DNA of 64,000 bases from assembly GCA_004431415.1 (NCBI GenBank), contig QPMI01000679.1, positions 62,001-126,000 on the forward strand. The letters are read 5' to 3'. Positions 59,402-64,000 of this stretch are shown here, in pieces. The position numbers and the translations under genes are program-made. This DNA comes from Cyanophora paradoxa CCMP329 (lineage: Eukaryota; Plantae; Glaucophyta). Within the stretch, counting starts at the first letter, position 1. Every line of letters starts with the position of its first letter. The notes below the pieces were generated by a model. The model worked only from the letters and a program-made list of their open reading frames with translations. It was not told the DNA's origin and ran no database searches.

Positions 59402-62400
59402 AGTCCACGCGCCGAAGACTCGCGGCGCGAGCGGGCGCGGCCACTCTGCCCTTTCCCCGAATCCCGTGAGTTCATGGTGGTTTCCGATATCGATGGGATC
59501 CTTGGGTCGTCAATCCGACTCGTTTGCTTGAACGCTGACCTGGTGCATGCAAAAAGCAGGTCAACGTTTACGTCAAGCGCCTGGCCATGGCGGGCTGCGC
59601 GCGTGGCTCGAGCTCACCGACCTCAAAAACATTCCATGATTATGATCCAGGTGTCCGGAATATGGCCCGACCATTAATATCCCTTCTGCCGACCGGAATT
59701 TCATGTCGGCTGGGAGAAGTGAACGCTAAGGTGATCATGATTGCACCTAGGCCTTTTTCTGCATACCTTTACTCGCGTATCCAAAGGCAGAAGTCGGCTG
59801 CGCGCGGCGCCAATTGCAATTGCAATGTCGCGAGCTCCGCAGGCTGCAGCGAATTCGGATCTAAGATGCACAGGCGCCGAAAATGAAAGGGATTAATATT
59901 GAGGCGAATCACGCACGGAGGTCGTGTTTGCTTCCTTGCTGGAGCCCGACTGGTCATGAACGATGGGCACCGATATCCATTGCCATGGTGCACGTGATGC
60001 GAGGAGTTGGCCACTTGTGCAGATGGACCACGGCTGGGCGCGGCCTCAAGCTCCAGATCTCCTGATACCGTCGATCGCGATATCGCAACCGTGGCCATGA
60101 CCGGCTATGAATTCGGAGTGAATGCTGCACTGCTTCGAATCCACAAACTAATTATAAAGATGCTCGCGATCGGTCGGCCTGCAGCTGGCCATGGGCGCGC
60201 ATATCTGGATAAACGGGACGTCAATATATATACGTATATACGTGTGCCGCATGCGCAGCACTGCGCATGCGGATCCGGATACCTTGTGCATGGTAGATTC
60301 GAATTCAACAATAACGGTTACCTTGAGACGACGTCGACCACGTGTACGTGCACAGCAGAGGCAGAGTCTAGTTCTCCCGCGCTGTGCACGTGGCAACGTC
60401 AACCGCAATCGTCGACGTCAGTCCTGCAGAGAGACGCGTGCACGTGCAGACACGATTGCAAAGAACGCGAACCTAGGCCTGTGGTCGCACACGATCTAGG
60501 CGCGGTAGGCCTATAGCTAGAGGTCGCGATTGCAATCAGTTCTTGCAATTGATTAATTGCAAAGCGGAAGGCCCGTCCGCGCGGAGGCCAGGTGCACGGC
60601 GGATGCCGAATCCCACGGACTATATATGGCCAGCTGCAGTATACTCGTGAGTGCTGCACGACGTGGAACGATCCAACATGTAGCTGCAGGCGCTGCTAGC
60701 TATAGGCGTTGCGCTCCATTTTGCAATTTGCTAATTGCATTCGAAATTCTAGATCTTAGGCCGCAACCGAGACCGTCGGACGTGTCATGGCCTTTCAGTT
60801 CGAATATCAAGGACTCCTAGGTCTAATGGTATACGTAACCATGAACTTCGGAAGGATCATGCAAGCTGCAGCTACAGCTGCAGCTGTGAGCTGGCGAGAA
60901 GCGGGCTGTACATGTGACCGGCACTCCAGCTATAGATCTGCAGCTGGTACGGTTCCATACGCGCGGCGATTGCAAGACCGATGATCGATCGCGGGCAATT
61001 GCAATCGATATCGCGAGCCGAGCCGATCGCGACTAGGCGATTCCGAAGTTCCAACCGCAGCGACTGATCCTGCAGCTGACACCGACGTTGACCGACGCCG
61101 AGCTCAGCGGCTCGACTCTCTCGGAGAGCTCGTGGTCGGGCGCGACGCGCAACGCCGTACTACGTGCGCCTGCGTATACGTATACGTATATATACGCGTG
61201 GCGCTGCTGGCGCACTGCGGGAGCTTACCGTAGTACAGCTGGAAGAATTTTACTACTCAGTTAATATTAATTCCACTGTCCGTTCCCACAGTCGAGCTGG
61301 GCCACAGATCTATAGCTAGCTGGCTCTGCAGACTCTGACTGAGATCATCATCAGCAGGCTGACAGCAGCAGATGTGCTGTAAACGGTAGACTCCCACAGG
61401 GGTAGCCCACCAAACTCGATTATTCACGCTGTTTTGCTTCATAAATTCACGCGCAATTTTAATTTAAATCTCTACGTGAGATCGACATGCATATATATAT
61501 ACACGTGGTATATATATGATGATGACAATTAATATTGATATATATTTGATCTGATCGATATATCGCGATCGATTAATTTGAATTTCGACAACCGGCCATG
61601 CAGCGCCCGGCGGCCGCGCGCGGGCCCGGCGGCCGGCCGAACGGCGACGGGCCGCGGCGACGGCGCCGGCGGCGCGGCAGTGCGGCGGCACTGCGGCATG
61701 TGCGGCGGGCCGCATCATGGGCCGATTCATGGCCCGCATGGCTTAAAATAGCCTTTCCTAACCCTAGGCCCCTAGCTAGTAGCTAGTACTACGGTATAGA
61801 GTCCTATAGACGTTGCACTTGGCAAGTTCAATGGCAACTTGGCAATGCTACCTTGGTAGACGTCACGTCAGTGACGTCACTGAGTCAGCGTCACGTCACG
61901 GCGTTGTTGTACCGGTCGCTGCAGCTGACTCAGTGAGGCCGTTGCAATTGCCTCCATGGCCAACTCTCAAGAGTCCGCCGCGCCGGTCTAGATCTAGATC
62001 TCTGACGGCGACTCGTCGGCGAGGCCTACATTGTTATATAGGCTACATGGCTATATATATGATGATCGGATCGCTCATCATCATCCGAATGATCGGATGA
62101 TCCTGGGCCTGCATATTTATGCACATGCTACAGTGATATCGATCATGATCATGAACGGGCCCGGCCCGGCCGCGCGCGGGGTCAGATCTACTAGGCTAAA
62201 TGGGGCCGCGCCGGCCGGGCCCATTGCCCACGCCAGCCTGGCAGGCCGGCGCCGGCCGCGCCGCGCGACCGCGTCGGACGTAAACGACCGTCAGAAGACT
62301 AGCTATAGCTAGTACTAGTACCGTAGTAGTACTGCGGAGCCGGCTCGAATTTGCCTCGAAAACCTACGCGAATACGAGCCTTCTCATTGCTCGGCGATCG

Positions 62401-62539
62401 CTTTGTGTTCGGCGCCATACCCAGCGAGTCCGACCTCTAACAAAGAGCTGCTGGGCCGGCGATCGCTTCTGGGTTCTCAGTTCTAACGGTCGCCGCGGGC
62501 TTGACGTCCACCGCCTTCTCATTGGCCAAGCGATCGCTG
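55535..62539. repeat. Copy 2 of the ~7 kb direct duplication
   Basis: Begins ctgggcgccgatgctgctgg (as at 48023) and ends caagcgatcgctg (as at 55177). Confidence 0.95.
59340..59401. repeat. (CTG/CAG)20 microsatellite (duplicate copy)
   Basis: Same length as the copy at 51828. Confidence 0.95.
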
Positions 62540-62834
62540 AACTTGGATGAATGGGCAATAGGTGGTAGCCAGGTGCTGCTTGACCCCCGGTTTCTGGGCG
62601 GCGCGATCGAGGGAGTTCCTGGACACGGTTTTACTTTTACAAGCTGTGCGGAATGCATGCTCGTTGCTTTGGCGAAGAAGCGTGGTCGCTCTGGGGAGTT
62701 CTCGCGAGTGCTGGTGTTCTTCTTGGGGTACAGCTACCCCGCCAATTACCTGTACCCAGAGGAGCGCCAACGTACACTTTCAGAGCGTCCAGAGCGCCAG
62801 ATACGGCATCGCATTCGCATGCTTCACGAAGGAC

Positions 62835-64000
62835 ATGGAGTTCCGTCTGCCGCCCGACCCGTTCGGGCCACCGGGACAGCCGCCTGCGCCAGCGCGGCCG
62901 TCTGAGCTTCCAGCTCCGACCTGGTGGGTTGCTGTGCTTTGAACATGCTTCTTGCTTCTTACTTGTGTCAGGCGACCGCCGGCTCCGCCGCCTCTTCGGG
63001 CCGCGCCACAAGTTCACGGGTTGAACATGCCCTCGCTCGCAGCCTCATTCAGTGCGCCCCGTACGACTTCAGTGTGCGTGAAGAACCTTTGTTTTCACAG
63101 TTCCGCCTCATCCGGTCGCGCCCGACTGCTGTAGCTAACTTCGTCGCCGCAGTGCCGTTGCCGTTTCCATCGCTTCTGGGGCCGCCGGGCCAGAACATCT
63201 GGCTCGAGAAACGTGCGCTTTTGCATGCTTGACTCGCCGGTTCGCTTAAACGCGACCGCAGGCGTCCAGTCGGGCCGTCCGTGGGGAACAAGGCCGTCCC
63301 ACTTGTCGCCCAGAGCTCAGTACATGGCGCCCCGTGCGCATCTCCGTGCTCCGCGTTTGTGTTTGCCATGCTTATAATGATGTTCCGCAGCGCTCCTGGC
63401 GCCCCTGCGCCGTCACTTGCTCCGCTTGCGAAGTGGGTTCTTTCCCATTTAAGCTCTTCTCTTGCACGGTTTTGCGCTGACGCGTTCGCCGGCAGGCGGG
63501 CGAAGAGCGATGACAAAGGAGCCAAGTCAGTTGCTTTCCGGTACTTTTGTCCCGACTTCCACCCTGTTCCTCGATGCACAGCCTTACTCTTCTTCCTTTT
63601 CCTTTTCACAGGTGTGACTGGATGGGCTTTCCGGCGGCTGTTACTCTCATGATCAGCTGCATCGTCGATATCGGATTGGAACTGAGGCTCAAGGATACCG
63701 CCAGGAACACTGTCGAAACAGATCATGTCACCCAAGCTTTCAACAAGTTTCTTGCCCAAGGTGTCCTGGTACGCTGACACGGTTGCATTTTCTTCAAGGC
63801 TTTGTCTCTGACATGCTTCCCAGCGGGACAACATCAGGCCCTTCGTCCTGGATTTGCAGGGGCTAGACATGTCGGCAGGGCGCACGAAGTTCCTCCGCAG
63901 GTGGCAGAAGGTGGTCAAGTACTACCGCATCTACAACGAAGCAGAGAAGAGCGGAAAGAAGCTCACAGATGCAGATTTCCCGTTGAACTTCCAGCTCACA
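62835..64000 (+). CDS. 5' part of an intron-containing hypothetical gene of visibly lower GC (runs off the window end)
   Basis: GT-AG splicing joins in frame: MEFRLPPDP...|...RAKSDDKGAKSVAFR|CDWMGFPAAVTLMISCIVDIGLELRLKD...AQGVL|RDNIRPFVLDLQGLDMSAGRTKFLRRWQKVVKYYRIYNEAEKSGKK; acceptors are pyrimidine-rich. Confidence 0.6.

Noticed and set aside
46400-62400. Dense restriction-site-like palindromes as a synthetic polylinker or vector contamination
   Set aside because: They are dispersed over tens of kb, embedded in pseudogenes, and polymorphic between natural duplicates.
48023-62539. Two direct repeats as LTRs of a retrotransposon
   Set aside because: No TG...CA ends, PBS/PPT or TSD, and only ~350 bp lie between the copies with no gag/pol.
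63049-63918. 289-aa minus-strand ORF
   Set aside because: It starts at TTG and is antisense to a plus-strand model whose splice sites join in frame; it is probably a shadow ORF, though not fully excluded.
1-64000. Most long Arg/Pro/Gly/Ala-rich ORFs in the six-frame track
   Set aside because: These are by-products of very high GC and read-through of introns or antisense frames; the real genes are spliced.

Overview
Eukaryotic, very GC-rich, intron-dense nuclear DNA with short spliceosomal introns, many with GC-AG ends. My inference is a unicellular alga, probably a glaucophyte such as Cyanophora; this is unverified. Positions 1-44.4 kb are gene-rich and were modelled by manual splicing. They hold an inverted-duplicated HMG-box gene, CSN4, a TrmI/TRMT61B-like tRNA m1A58 methyltransferase, a GNAT acetyltransferase, a CH-domain coiled-coil protein, a CCT-domain protein, two F-box proteins, a TPR-like hypothetical gene, a hAT-type MITE, TBL1, a divergent SBDS-family gene and a head-to-head pair of LRR-ankyrin-TIR genes. 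A tRNA-Gly(GCC) at 45.0 kb precedes a repeat block with a minisatellite and a ~7.5 kb near-identical tandem duplication carrying a decayed gene. A lower-GC intron-containing gene runs off the right end. Two findings stand out. (1) A mutational signature converts a trinucleotide XYZ into XYZ-revcomp(XYZ)-XYZ, a 6-bp frame-preserving inverted triplication. It is directly visible in alignments of local duplicates and saturates non-coding and pseudogenic DNA with self-complementary hexamer runs. (2) A divergently transcribed LRR-ANK-TIR pair: one partner keeps a TIR with the catalytic Glu, and the other has lost it in frame, resembling a paired immune-receptor system without an NB domain. Most ORFs in the supplied track are GC-content artefacts.
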